Notes under the pieces: model-generated
Database searches by the model: none
Told to the model about the DNA's origin: nothing
What the model saw: the letters and a program-made list of their open reading frames with translations, nothing else
Shown: piece after piece, positions 1-8,635 of the stretch
Layout of the letters: every line of letters begins with the position of its first letter
Position numbering within the stretch: position 1 is the stretch's first letter
From: a virus
Taxonomy: Duplodnaviria > Heunggongvirae > Uroviricota > Caudoviricetes
Virus record (IMG/VR): IMGVR_UViG_2693429605_000013
DNA length: 42,167 nucleotides
Direction: 5' to 3' (one strand)
Program-made: the position numbers and the translations under genes

Positions 1-74
1 CCCGTAACGCCTCTGCCACGCGCGTAACGTGACAGGGATTAAGGGTAAACTAATTGATTTTGCAAGTTTTTATT

Positions 75-1361
75 TTACCCTGCTTTCTTATGGGGCATAC
101 ATGGGACACTTTCAGATAGTCTTTTGTTAAGGAGTTCTATCTGTTCGTGATTGTTGTCTTTCATCCATGCTCCGTAAACATTGAATACCATTTGTGCGTT
201 TGTGTGGCCCATCTGGCTTGCGATAAAACTAGGATTAGCTCCTGCGGCAAGTGACCAGCATGCATAAGTATGCCTGGATTGGTACGATTTTCTGTGTCTC
301 AGACCTGCGCGTTTTAAGATACTTGTCCATGACTCCCTGATGGAGTCAACCTTGTAGTGAGGTCCGGACAACTGCTGCTGTTTTGTTACCTGAGGACTAA
401 AAACAAAAGTGCATTTATGCACAGCAGTTCTCCCATATTCCCTCTGCTTCACCTCTACAGAATGTTGCTTTCCAAGCATGGTCATTTCCGCCTGGCTTTT
501 AAGAGCATCAATAGCTGGTTGAACCAGATGAATTGTCCTTCCGGTGCCTGCATCGGTTTTTGGTGGAGTGAATTCGCCAAGTTTTGTATAATTTCTACGG
601 ATGGTTATAGTCCTTGCTTTAAGGTCTATATCTTCCCATGCCAGCGATACCAACTCCCCGTGACGAATACCCGTGTATACAGCGAGAATCCACAGGTTTT
701 TTGTTTGTTGATGACGGCAAGCCTCAATAAAACGAATAAATTCGTCACGGGTGAGAGGATCTGGTTTTACCTTGGACTTTTTTAAGGGAGCCAGACCGTT
801 AAATGGGTTTCCTGAGGTATAACCATTATCTGTTGCAAATTGAAACATTCCAGCTATGGTTGTCATATAGTAGTTTACCGTGACCACTGAGCGCCCTTTT
901 ATGGAAGAAGTCTTTCCATTAGAAAGCTTTTGGTAACCGGTCAACAAATCTCTCCTTACGAAAAGTAAATCCTCTTTTGTTATGGATGAAACCAGTTTTT
1001 TTTCACCTAACATTGGTAACATGTTTTTAATTACTGACTGGTAACGGTTAAGTGCATTCGCACAAATCTCAATTTTCTTAAGGTCCAACCATTTTTCCGA
1101 AAGTGCCTTAACGGTTATCTCTCTTTTTCCCAGACCAAAGTGTTTCAGGTTAGGGGAATTAGGGAACTGCGCGGCGTAGTCGAAACTCCCCATTCTGATT
1201 GCAAAACAAACGGAAGTGCGAAGTTCACCAGCGATCTTCCGGTTTTTGGCTGTGTCAGGAACACCGAGGTTTTCTCTGACACGTTTGCCATTATAGTGAA
1301 ACCATATACGGAGTGATCCTCCATGGTTTTCAACGCCTGTCGGGTATGATTCGTTACTCAT
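75..1361 (-). CDS. int: Tyrosine recombinase / phage integrase
   Basis: 428-aa ORF with a C-terminal catalytic region typical of lambda-family integrases (…RHTYACWSLAAGANPSFIASQMGHTNAQMVFNVYGAW). ATG at 1361 preceded by GGAGG. Confidence 0.9.
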   Translation of the reverse strand: MSNESYPTGVENHGGSLRIWFHYNGKRVRENLGVPDTAKNRKIAGELRTSVCFAIRMGSFDYAAQFPNSPNLKHFGLGKREITVKALSEKWLDLKKIEICANALNRYQSVIKNMLPMLGEKKLVSSITKEDLLFVRRDLLTGYQKLSNGKTSSIKGRSVVTVNYYMTTIAGMFQFATDNGYTSGNPFNGLAPLKKSKVKPDPLTRDEFIRFIEACRHQQTKNLWILAVYTGIRHGELVSLAWEDIDLKARTITIRRNYTKLGEFTPPKTDAGTGRTIHLVQPAIDALKSQAEMTMLGKQHSVEVKQREYGRTAVHKCTFVFSPQVTKQQQLSGPHYKVDSIRESWTSILKRAGLRHRKSYQSRHTYACWSLAAGANPSFIASQMGHTNAQMVFNVYGAWMKDNNHEQIELLNKRLSESVPCMPHKKAG

Positions 1362-1394
1362 TAAACCTCCCAGACGTCCAGGAGCATTAACAGG

Positions 1395-1649
1395 TTAACC
1401 GGAACTTGCATTTTTGGCACCTGGTTGTTTCTGGTTTTCGATCCATCGCATAATTTCTTCGATGTTGTACAGGCATTCACTGTAATGCCCAGGATCACCT
1501 TCTACAGCGTAATGGCGGTATTCTTTTCCCTGCATCCATGACTTTCTTCTGGCCCGCTCGATGGTGCCGGGCTTTAGCCCTGTTGATGCAATAAGGACTC
1601 TCTCCGTACACCATTTGCTGGGGGTTATCTGATAGATGATTGTCTGCAT
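1395..1649 (-). CDS. xis: Excisionase-like DNA-binding protein
   Basis: 84-aa ORF immediately upstream of int on the same strand; size and position fit a lambdoid Xis. Call is by position and size. Confidence 0.6.
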   Translation of the reverse strand: MQTIIYQITPSKWCTERVLIASTGLKPGTIERARRKSWMQGKEYRHYAVEGDPGHYSECLYNIEEIMRWIENQKQPGAKNASSG

Positions 1650-1667
1650 GCCAACCTCATAAAACTT

Positions 1668-1802
1668 TCATCCACGGCAGTGGCACCACACGTCAAACAT
1701 TCGTTTCACAACTTCACGGCAGTAGAAGCCGTCGACATCACGGGTCAGGTCGTAGCGATTGCCGAATGTCTTGCGAACCCAGAACTCAAAAGCCGTATGC
1801 AT
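1668..1802 (-). CDS. Small hypothetical protein (44 aa)
   Basis: ATG preceded by strong SD GGAGGTGA; begins 3 nt after the stop of the upstream gene. Not in the supplied ORF track (below its size cutoff). Confidence 0.35.
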   Translation of the reverse strand: MHTAFEFWVRKTFGNRYDLTRDVDGFYCREVVKRMFDVWCHCRG

Positions 1803-1805
1803 GTA

Positions 1806-2048
1806 TCACCTCCGTTGCATTGCGCGTAATTTTTTCAGGCGCATTTCCTGCTCAGTGCCCGCCAGAATTTTGCGGTACTCCTGTTGGTCAATATGTTCGA
1901 ACAGGTTGTTGAACTCACCAATGCGTACCCGTCCGGAGCGCCCGTCCATGCGTCGAAAGAACACTGAGTGCTGAGTACTGCGAGTAATCACCACAGGGTA
2001 TCCGGCTCTGTCCGTGTATATCTGACCACGTTGAATCAGAGCGAACAT
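1806..2048 (-). CDS. Hypothetical phage protein (80 aa)
   Basis: ATG start with AAGGA SD; sits in the early-left operon. Confidence 0.5.
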   Translation of the reverse strand: MFALIQRGQIYTDRAGYPVVITRSTQHSVFFRRMDGRSGRVRIGEFNNLFEHIDQQEYRKILAGTEQEMRLKKLRAMQRR

Positions 2049-2052
2049 TCCT

Positions 2053-2139
2053 TTATCCCCAGCGGAAAAGCGAATACAGAATAAATGCCACCGCTATTGC
2101 AACTCCAACTGCGGTGAATGCTTCAGGCCAATTCATCAT
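2053..2139 (-). CDS. Small hydrophobic peptide (28 aa, one predicted TM segment)
   Basis: Tandem ATG ATG preceded by GGAGGTGA; overlaps the stop of the DUF551 gene. Translation MMNWPEAFTAVGVAIAVAFILYSLFRWG. Confidence 0.3.
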   Translation of the reverse strand: MMNWPEAFTAVGVAIAVAFILYSLFRWG

Positions 2140-2792
2140 TTCACCTCCTGAGGCGGTTCTGGTAGAGGCATCCAGTGTGACGGTTTCCACGACGCACCAG
2201 GAATTATCCACCCATCATTAGCGTCAGGATGCCCCGGGATGTAAGTCGCCCATTTCATTCGCCAGTCACCTTTCCTATCAAACTCCCTGGCAACAAGAAC
2301 GGCTGTTTTGCTATCCGGCATTCGCTCACTACAGCTTATCCAACCATCCGGAGTTACCGGAGAGTTGCCCGACAGCTCGTTCAACTTGTAAGTCTGGCTT
2401 ACAGGTTCGGCACCATGAAGCATGGCTGCACGGCAGGCGTTCCATCCTCTCACCTCTGCAATAGCGGCAACAGCATCAACCGCGTACATTTTAAGAGGGT
2501 TGGGCATTGGTTTTTCTTCAGGTACTACTGGCATTGGAGGGGCGGCGTATACTTCAATAATCCCATTATCAATAGGCCATTCCCCATCCTTGATGTAGTC
2601 ACTTGTGCCATCGACCTGCTGTTCTGCAATGTGGAAAGCACCTATTGGTTTTGCTTCCAGCGATGCCAGTGCAATTTTTAATGCGGTAAGCATGTTGTTT
2701 TGATCTTCATCGAGTCCGAACGGTATTTCATCCCGTGCTGACTCAATGCTGGTAATCGTGTTCTGTAACCATTCTTTGGTAAGAGTATTCAT
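2136..2792 (-). CDS. DUF551-domain phage protein
   Basis: 218-aa ORF; C-terminal DGWI…PSHWMPLPEPP resembles the DUF551 signature common in enterobacterial prophage early regions. Confidence 0.7.
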   Translation of the reverse strand: MNTLTKEWLQNTITSIESARDEIPFGLDEDQNNMLTALKIALASLEAKPIGAFHIAEQQVDGTSDYIKDGEWPIDNGIIEVYAAPPMPVVPEEKPMPNPLKMYAVDAVAAIAEVRGWNACRAAMLHGAEPVSQTYKLNELSGNSPVTPDGWISCSERMPDSKTAVLVAREFDRKGDWRMKWATYIPGHPDANDGWIIPGASWKPSHWMPLPEPPQEVK

Positions 2793-2794
2793 AA

Positions 2795-2986
2795 CTATTT
2801 CACTTTAATCTCAATATTTCGCAGCTTTATGTCTACTGGTAGGTCTGACTTTCCTGTTAACGCTAATGCGAGATTTTCTGGAGTAATGAGAGCAGTTATT
2901 GTTTTCCCCATCGCCAGACGAATAATCAGTCGTATCTCGCGATCGTCACATGCTCCCGGTCGAACAATTGATATTTGTCCGATCAT
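2795..2986 (-). CDS. Small hypothetical phage protein (63 aa)
   Basis: Internal ATG at 2986 with AAGGAGAG SD, abutting the stop of the upstream gene. The longer track ORF 2795..3067 would overlap the upstream gene by 80 nt. Confidence 0.45.
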   Translation of the reverse strand: MIGQISIVRPGACDDREIRLIIRLAMGKTITALITPENLALALTGKSDLPVDIKLRNIEIKVK

Positions 2987-2987
2987 C

Positions 2988-3686
2988 TCACTCTCCTTTG
3001 ATGCGAATGCCTGCGGCGCGTGGCACATTAACTTCCACGATGCGCACTGTTGGTTTGTACATCTCAATCGCTGTCAACCAGTCAGCTCCTGTCATGCGCT
3101 TTTCCGCATCGCCATTAGTCCACTGAACCGGTACACCAATAGCCTTCATCGCGATTTCTATTTCCCCGGCAATGGCGCTTTTTCCGCAACCAGTAAAACC
3201 AGAAACAACGACAAGAACTTCACCTTTGGCTGGTTTTATTTCCCGTGCTTCCAGTTCTGCAATGCGCTTACTTCCATCCGAGATAACACCTTCGTAATAC
3301 TCACGCTGCTCGTTGAGTTTTGATTTTGCTGCTTCAAGCTCAACGCGCAGCTTCCCAACCGTAAGCGCAATATCCTCGTTCTCCTGGTCGCGGCGTTTGA
3401 TGTATTGCTGGTTTCTTTCCCGTTCATCCAGAAGCGCCAGCACGGTAGCTGGACTGGCTGCGGCGATGAATTCAGCGTTGGCCTGCTGTTCCATTTGGAA
3501 ATCTTCATCGAAACCGCTTTCTGGATGCGCTCCTTCAATTCTGCAAATGGGAAGATATCCAACAACTTCACGATGAATTAGTGCATCACCAGCATCAAAT
3601 CTCTCCTCTCCATATTCGAGCGACCACACACCACACGTTGCTTTTTCTGCCTTAGCACGCAGTGCCTGATAGTCAATCTTGCTCAC
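2988..3686 (-). CDS. Ead/Ea22-like phage protein
   Basis: 232-aa ORF with a central coiled-coil region and C-terminal GFTGCGKS motif, resembling lambda Ea22-family proteins. GTG start overlapping the upstream stop (GTGA). Confidence 0.65.
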   Translation of the reverse strand: MSKIDYQALRAKAEKATCGVWSLEYGEERFDAGDALIHREVVGYLPICRIEGAHPESGFDEDFQMEQQANAEFIAAASPATVLALLDERERNQQYIKRRDQENEDIALTVGKLRVELEAAKSKLNEQREYYEGVISDGSKRIAELEAREIKPAKGEVLVVVSGFTGCGKSAIAGEIEIAMKAIGVPVQWTNGDAEKRMTGADWLTAIEMYKPTVRIVEVNVPRAAGIRIKGE

Positions 3687-3922
3687 TGGTTGCCTCCTTT
3701 ACGGATCTGCGCTGCGATGCGCGAAAAAAAAGACTCCCGCGTATGACTGTTAAGAGCTGGCGCGAACGCTGCGTTAAGAACGGCAGCATCACAGCCGTCA
3801 TCGATATAGAGCGCAATTTTTTTCTCCAGGCGCGCTTTGGCTTCCTGCAACTGCATACCCCGGCACGCACGCGGGATATACTCAGCAATTTGAGCGATAG
3901 ATTTTTCGTTCTGTTTAAACAT
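3683..3922 (-). CDS. Hypothetical phage protein (79 aa)
   Basis: ATG with GAGGTGA SD; translationally coupled within the early-left operon. Confidence 0.5.
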   Translation of the reverse strand: MFKQNEKSIAQIAEYIPRACRGMQLQEAKARLEKKIALYIDDGCDAAVLNAAFAPALNSHTRESFFSRIAAQIRKGGNQ

Positions 3923-4118
3923 GCTTCACCTCGATAGGCTTGATGCTGTCGATCAGCAGTCGGCGGCGCGTATTTTCTGCAAAGTGGCGGCGTCCGGTTT
4001 CTTTGTGGTAAAACTCGTTTTTTCCGACGACCCACATCCGCTTTGTCTGGTGCAGTTTTTTTACCTGCGGACCGTCTCGGGTGATAACAATTCCTGTATG
4101 AGTTTTTATCACGCTCAT
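3915..4118 (-). CDS. Hypothetical phage protein (67 aa)
   Basis: ATG start overlapping the upstream stop (ATGA); operon context. Confidence 0.45.
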   Translation of the reverse strand: MSVIKTHTGIVITRDGPQVKKLHQTKRMWVVGKNEFYHKETGRRHFAENTRRRLLIDSIKPIEVKHV

Positions 4119-4477
4119 TTCTTATTCTCCGGTGCTTTCGGCATTACTGCCCAGTGAGTGATATTGACGTTTTCAAGGTCCCCGACCTGAAATATCCACT
4201 GCCATTCTCCGGTTTCTTTTTGTCCCCAGGTGTACCAGAGAGAACGCCAGCCAATCAGCCAGCCTTCTCCATTAGCATCAAATAACAGAACACTTTCATT
4301 TGCTGGTGGCAGTTCAGCTGACACTGGTATTATTTTGTTTTCCAGTGCCGCACATTTAGCTTCAAGCGCGTCGAATTTACGTACCAGGTACTCAGCATTT
4401 GTTTCGTTCACTTTCAGATCTCGCGGTACACATTTCCCGCGAAGAAACCCTTCCATTTCGAAAACATTCATGCGCAT
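4115..4477 (-). CDS. Hypothetical phage protein (120 aa), possibly DUF551-related
   Basis: ORF in operon; C-terminal NITHWAVMPKAPE resembles the DUF551-type tail. Confidence 0.5.
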   Translation of the reverse strand: MRMNVFEMEGFLRGKCVPRDLKVNETNAEYLVRKFDALEAKCAALENKIIPVSAELPPANESVLLFDANGEGWLIGWRSLWYTWGQKETGEWQWIFQVGDLENVNITHWAVMPKAPENKK

Positions 4478-5004
4478 TTGCGTAACTCCGATAACTCGTT
4501 AAAACGTTCCATAAACATCCCGTAGGCATGGCCCGGTGCCAGTGGAATCACGTTGAACATCTCTGTTGCCGGGATGCCTTCCAGTACAGGCCAGAAAGAG
4601 CCATCATCAAGCCCGAGATCGCGGCGTTCGGTTGCCAGCATGATGAGATCGGCATATTTCACAGGCGTGCTCATAACCGGGGGTAACCCGTATTTCTCAC
4701 GGATTACGGCGTCTATTTTTTCTTCCATCCGTTTATAGTCAGGAAGAAGGCGTTTCAGTGGTGCGGGGATGTCCTGGCAATATGCTTCTGTTGCATCATG
4801 CATTAACGCTTCAAAAGCAAATTCCTGCGGTACCAGCTGGCTGCAAAGCACCGCATGTTGGGCGACGCTGTAGAAGTGTGAAAGATGTCCTGCAAAGCGA
4901 CAGATATTTGAAAGGGAAACCGCGATATCGTTAATAACGATGTCGTCTTTATTTATCTTGTCATAATAAAAATGCTTCCCGGAAAAAGTTTTAATAAATG
5001 ACAT
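4468..5004 (-). CDS. HD-domain phosphohydrolase (YfdR-like 5'-deoxynucleotidase family)
   Basis: H…HD metal-binding signature (AQHAV…MHDATEA). Start taken as the ATG at 5004 with GGAGA SD; the track's longer ORF begins at a non-ATG codon at 5031. Confidence 0.7.
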   Translation of the reverse strand: MSFIKTFSGKHFYYDKINKDDIVINDIAVSLSNICRFAGHLSHFYSVAQHAVLCSQLVPQEFAFEALMHDATEAYCQDIPAPLKRLLPDYKRMEEKIDAVIREKYGLPPVMSTPVKYADLIMLATERRDLGLDDGSFWPVLEGIPATEMFNVIPLAPGHAYGMFMERFNELSELRKCA

Positions 5005-5131
5005 TTTGTTCTCCACGTATATGCGCTGCACCGCGCTGAATTCTGGTAAAAGGAAGCCCTCACCATCCGGCGATTATTGAGTAAATTATGTTTCCATAAA
5101 TGCCCCCGCAGGGGCATTTGCAGTAATGAAA

Positions 5132-5956
5132 TCAGGCGGTGAAAGTACCAATAAAGGTTTCTACTTTGCTGTCTTTAAATTTCTCAACAAGCAGATCACG
5201 AAATTCGTTAGCCATTTCTTCCTGCACCGCTTCCAGCTGAATAATGCGCAGAACCAGTACAGGACGATCGCCAGTGATAATGCTGAGGCGTAATTTAAAC
5301 GGACGTTCTTTCAGGCCTTCAAACGGAACGCATTTAAATTCAAATGCCACTGGCATAATGTCTTTGGTCTTCGCTTCGACAGACTCCATCAGGGAGCGTT
5401 TGCCGCTGAAGTCATTGTCTTCAAAATCAGCGGTCTGGTTCGCTTCAATTGTGATTTTACGGATCGCCGCAGCCGCTTTGGTTGCCTGAATGGCGTCACC
5501 ATTAGCATCAAAGCCCACAAGGTAGTCGGCCCAGTCTTCAATCCATTCTGCCAGTGACTTTTGGGAGTTACGCTCGCCATTAACAGACAACAGAGCAGAG
5601 AACGGTGCTGTCTTTTTCAGTTTGAGAGTGGCGGTGTTATCTGCGTGACCTGGTTCATCAATAGTACCCAGGTTAAGCACACTGACGGCACGCATATTAT
5701 CGGCATCGATAAAGCAGCGGGTGCCTTCATCTGCAAGATCTTTAGAATAACGGGTAAAGTCATCGATGCTGGCAGTGGAAAGCGCACCACGGAAACGGAA
5801 GCGATTTAAATTAAATTTTTCCAGATCATGAATGCGGAAATTCTCAGGCAATGCCACAGCATCGGCACCAATCTTACTAATAATTTCATTAACACCCTGA
5901 GCAGAAATAAGGGCATGGATTTGATTAATTGCGGTTGCGTCTAAGTTCTGAGACAT
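5132..5956 (-). CDS. DUF2303 / YfdQ-like phage protein
   Basis: 274-aa ORF with GTGAGGA SD; family assignment recalled from CPS-53-type prophages where it neighbours the HD hydrolase. Confidence 0.6.
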   Translation of the reverse strand: MSQNLDATAINQIHALISAQGVNEIISKIGADAVALPENFRIHDLEKFNLNRFRFRGALSTASIDDFTRYSKDLADEGTRCFIDADNMRAVSVLNLGTIDEPGHADNTATLKLKKTAPFSALLSVNGERNSQKSLAEWIEDWADYLVGFDANGDAIQATKAAAAIRKITIEANQTADFEDNDFSGKRSLMESVEAKTKDIMPVAFEFKCVPFEGLKERPFKLRLSIITGDRPVLVLRIIQLEAVQEEMANEFRDLLVEKFKDSKVETFIGTFTA

Positions 5957-6021
5957 AATAAGTCCTCACTATATAAGGATATTCAGTGATGAGATAAATA
6001 ATCAGTTAATTAAGAACGATA

Positions 6022-6384
6022 TTAATGACCTGCTGCGCGGAGTTTTCCGTCAGGTTCACCGGCAAGAGTCAGTAATTGTCCCTGGTCTTCCTGCAGAATA
6101 GTCAGGCGACCACCGCGATTGACATACATCGGCGTTTCGGTGGTGTCTTCTTCGGAAATTTTCCCGCGGTTAGTCGGACGAACATATGAGAGTTTGTGTT
6201 TTATTTTCACACGGTTCTCATCAAACGGTTCGATTTCCAGGTTGAGCGAGACCTTCCCTTTGGTTTTCGTGTTCATCACACCTGAAGCGACTTCACTGAG
6301 AACAGCGCCGATTTTGGTTTCAAATACGCCGCCGTCCAGCTCCCCGATAAATGCCTGCACATCAGTACTGCGTTCGCTAGCCAT
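6022..6384 (-). CDS. Hypothetical phage protein (120 aa); first gene of the leftward operon
   Basis: Start set at the ATG at 6384 with GAGGAG SD. The track's longer N-terminal extension to 6570 runs through a region of long inverted repeats. Confidence 0.5.
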   Translation of the reverse strand: MASERSTDVQAFIGELDGGVFETKIGAVLSEVASGVMNTKTKGKVSLNLEIEPFDENRVKIKHKLSYVRPTNRGKISEEDTTETPMYVNRGGRLTILQEDQGQLLTLAGEPDGKLRAAGH

Positions 6385-6432
6385 TTTGCTGCTCCTCATC
6401 ATATCGACCCTGCAAGGTCGGTTGGTTTCTCC

Positions 6433-6566
6433 ACAAAACAGAGAAGAGCACCTGCGGTGGCAGCCGCCCGGGTGGATTGGGTTATGAGCCCGTCGTCCGG
6501 TGATGCTCTTCTCTGTTTTGTAAAAAGAGCGGTACCAGCCGGAAGCAAGTGTACAAACTGGTACCG
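6433..6566 (-). ncRNA. Candidate structured RNA leader: 18-bp perfect inverted repeat (6433-6450 / 6504-6521) plus 9-bp inverted repeat (6530-6538 / 6558-6566)
   Basis: Inverted repeats read directly from the sequence, between the putative pL region and the first leftward gene. Not followed by a U-run on either strand, so not a simple terminator. Confidence 0.3.
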
Positions 6567-6972
6567 CCAAAGCAGTGGCTGTTGTGGTGACCGGTGCTGA
6601 TCTCCGGCTTGCGGTTATTTCAGACTCTCACGGGCGTTTAATTGCCCCGCCGAACAGCTCTTTTCCGCAATAGCTGCAATGTCTTTCGCGCATCAGCCTG
6701 CGCATTCACCACAACGCTGAGAGCACTTAGCCAGTTACGGCACCACACTTTGTCGCGGTTCCATAAATGCCCTCATCGTTGCACCCTGGTCTCTTCCCAG
6801 GCGTCAAACCGAATCGCCACGCTGGTTAGGCGTCTTATCAGCATCCTCATTGACTTGCACATTCCGGCTACCTGGTTTGTTTGCCCGAGCAAGGAGTGGA
6901 TTGTCCCCTTTAACGTCCCCAGACCGCTAACGACGCATGTGCCATACGCCGTGTTACAACCAACCTTTCGTT

Positions 6973-7020
6973 AACAACAGTCTGTTGTTTGTTCAGATAA
7001 TGATGCTACTAAAAGTAGCA
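6973..7020. promoter_or_regulatory. Putative OL operator region: palindromes AACAACAG-T-CTGTTGTT (6973-6989) and TGCTACT-AAA-AGTAGCA (7004-7020)
   Basis: The second palindrome shares the core CTA…AAGTAG with the direct repeats next to cI (9379-9414). Location matches lambda OL relative to cI. Confidence 0.4.
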
Positions 7021-7255
7021 AAAATCAACAACAAAAAGTAGAAGTGTGTATTTAATTTTTAGTTTTCTATATAACGTTATGAATTAAAAGGTTTTTCACA
7101 GATGGGGTGATGTGGCGTAGTTACGTATAGAAAATATCGAGTGTCTTTTGTTTTGGTTTAATTATTAGGTTAATTAGATAGTAATAATTTGGGGGAAAAT
7201 AGTGGGAACTATGGATACAACGGGTCAGGAACAGTGTTATTAAGCAGGCTACGAG

Positions 7256-7280
7256 TATAAAACCCGACCGGTTGGTCGGG
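7256..7280 (-). terminator. Rho-independent terminator downstream of the ParA-like gene
   Basis: Perfect 7-bp stem CCCGACC/GGTCGGG with 4-nt loop, followed on the minus strand by UUUUAUAC; about 40 nt after the stop at 7317. Confidence 0.6.
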
Positions 7281-7316
7281 CGAGAATTATGTTCGTTCTA
7301 AATCATGGTTATTGTA

Positions 7317-8402
7317 TTACAGACACTTGACTACTGTTGAAACATCAGATTCTAGTGCTTCAATTTGTGCTCTATTAGCTTGGGTCGCCATACCATAGAT
7401 AGTGTAACTCTTATGCTGCAGCCTACTTAAAGGGCATCCCTCATGGTTTATTATTGCTGCAAGAGTATTACCATCTTTGACATTTTGAACTCTCTCGAAA
7501 GTAGCCACATTTGTGAACAGATGAGGATGTGTATTTAACAGGTCATCCGTGATTCTTTTGATCTCTTCTGCATGTGATTTGAATGCTTTTGCTGCATCAC
7601 TTTCATTAGTTCTTGAGCGGTTTTGTACGAAAAGGTGTAGTTCAGGTAGTTCGATAAGGTTTTGCTTTGCTTCTTTGTTGAAATCTAAGAACATTTCATC
7701 TTGTTCTGACTTGTCAATAGACACTCCATAAATAAGTTTAACAAGGTTTTTTATTCCGCGAATTGATGCAGCATCGGCAGTGCAAGGGATAATTATTCTA
7801 TTTGCCGCGACTACTCCCAATTCTGTGTAGCTGGCAAAACTTGGATTACAATCAATAAAAAATGTTTTTGCTCTGTCAGAAATGTTTTTATCGGCTTCAA
7901 AAGATGCTATTAGATCTACCAGCAAAGATCGGCTTTTCTTCCATGCTTCTTTTACTGGGGATGAGCCAATGTGAGATATTAAGCGTGAACAGATATCAAG
8001 ATCGACATCACCAGGAAGAATATATAAGTTCTCTGGCATTTTTGCATTAACATCATGGGCTCGTACAAAGTAAGAAGATTCATTTCCTAAACGAGACAAA
8101 GGAGATTTGCTAAAACGCTCCTTGATATAACCTGCGATTGTAACATTTCTGTCTCGCAATTTATTTAGATTTTCTTCCCCGGTACCATTGCCACCAAGAA
8201 TAATTTCTGAAACGTTTGATTGAGGGCATGAGTCAATAACCACAACATCTTGATCCGGATGAGATATAGCAAACTCAACGGCAAGATTATATGTAAGAAA
8301 AGTTTTTCCTACACCACCTTTGTTGTTCCATACTAAATATTTTGTATTGGTGGAAATCATATCTGCTACCCCATCTGTCGCTTCAGTACGTTCATTAATC
8401 AT
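7317..8402 (-). CDS. ParA/MinD-family deviant Walker-A ATPase with C-terminal extension; orphan gene at the rexAB-equivalent locus
   Basis: KGGVGKT deviant Walker A, VIDSCPQSN, and FFIDCNPSFA Walker-B-like motif. 361 aa (alternative ATG at 8360 gives a typical ParA N-terminus). Markedly AT-rich, in an AT-rich island between OL and cI, with its own terminator. Confidence 0.8.
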   Translation of the reverse strand: MINERTEATDGVADMISTNTKYLVWNNKGGVGKTFLTYNLAVEFAISHPDQDVVVIDSCPQSNVSEIILGGNGTGEENLNKLRDRNVTIAGYIKERFSKSPLSRLGNESSYFVRAHDVNAKMPENLYILPGDVDLDICSRLISHIGSSPVKEAWKKSRSLLVDLIASFEADKNISDRAKTFFIDCNPSFASYTELGVVAANRIIIPCTADAASIRGIKNLVKLIYGVSIDKSEQDEMFLDFNKEAKQNLIELPELHLFVQNRSRTNESDAAKAFKSHAEEIKRITDDLLNTHPHLFTNVATFERVQNVKDGNTLAAIINHEGCPLSRLQHKSYTIYGMATQANRAQIEALESDVSTVVKCL

Positions 8403-8635
8403 TATCGTATCCTGTTGTATAGAATTGTCTATTATTTATGTTTTATTTTGGTTTTTTTGTGTTAGTAACGCACCCAAAGATAACATATGGTCTTTATCTT
8501 TTCTTACTTAGGGTAACAGCTCAGTGTTAATCCATTTTTATGGACCAATGTGCCAAATAAAATTTGTATAAAGATTTTCTATCCTTATCTTTTATCATCT
8601 GTGCTCGTTTGCTTTAACGATTGCTAGATGCCTAA

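Noticed and set aside
357-785. Plus-strand 142-aa ORF and minus-strand 62-aa ORF (1145-1333) inside the integrase gene
   Set aside because: Both lie entirely within or antisense to the well-supported integrase ORF and have no recognisable features; treated as chance ORFs.
1640-2048. Plus-strand ORFs 1640-1912 and 1759-1974
   Set aside because: They are antisense to a tightly packed minus-strand operon whose genes have SDs and coupled starts; their translations are Arg/Cys-rich and low-complexity.
2229-3576. Plus-strand ORFs 2229-2681, 2829-3323 and 3313-3576, and minus ORF 3236-3571
   Set aside because: Overlapping or antisense frames of the DUF551 and Ea22-like genes with no SDs; likely spurious.
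6022-6570. Long form of the minus-strand ORF (182 aa) extending to 6570
   Set aside because: The N-terminal extension runs through the long inverted-repeat region and has an odd Cys/Arg-rich composition; an internal ATG at 6384 with GAGGAG SD gives a more plausible 120-aa product.
6642-6974. Plus-strand 110-aa ORF in the OL/pL-proximal region
   Set aside because: Wrong strand for the leftward operon, no SD, low-complexity translation; the interval more plausibly holds regulatory DNA.
7549-8511. Plus-strand short ORFs antisense to the ParA-like gene (7549-7731, 7862-8050, 8320-8511)
   Set aside because: AT-rich antisense frames with Leu/Ser/Cys-rich translations and no ribosome-binding sites.
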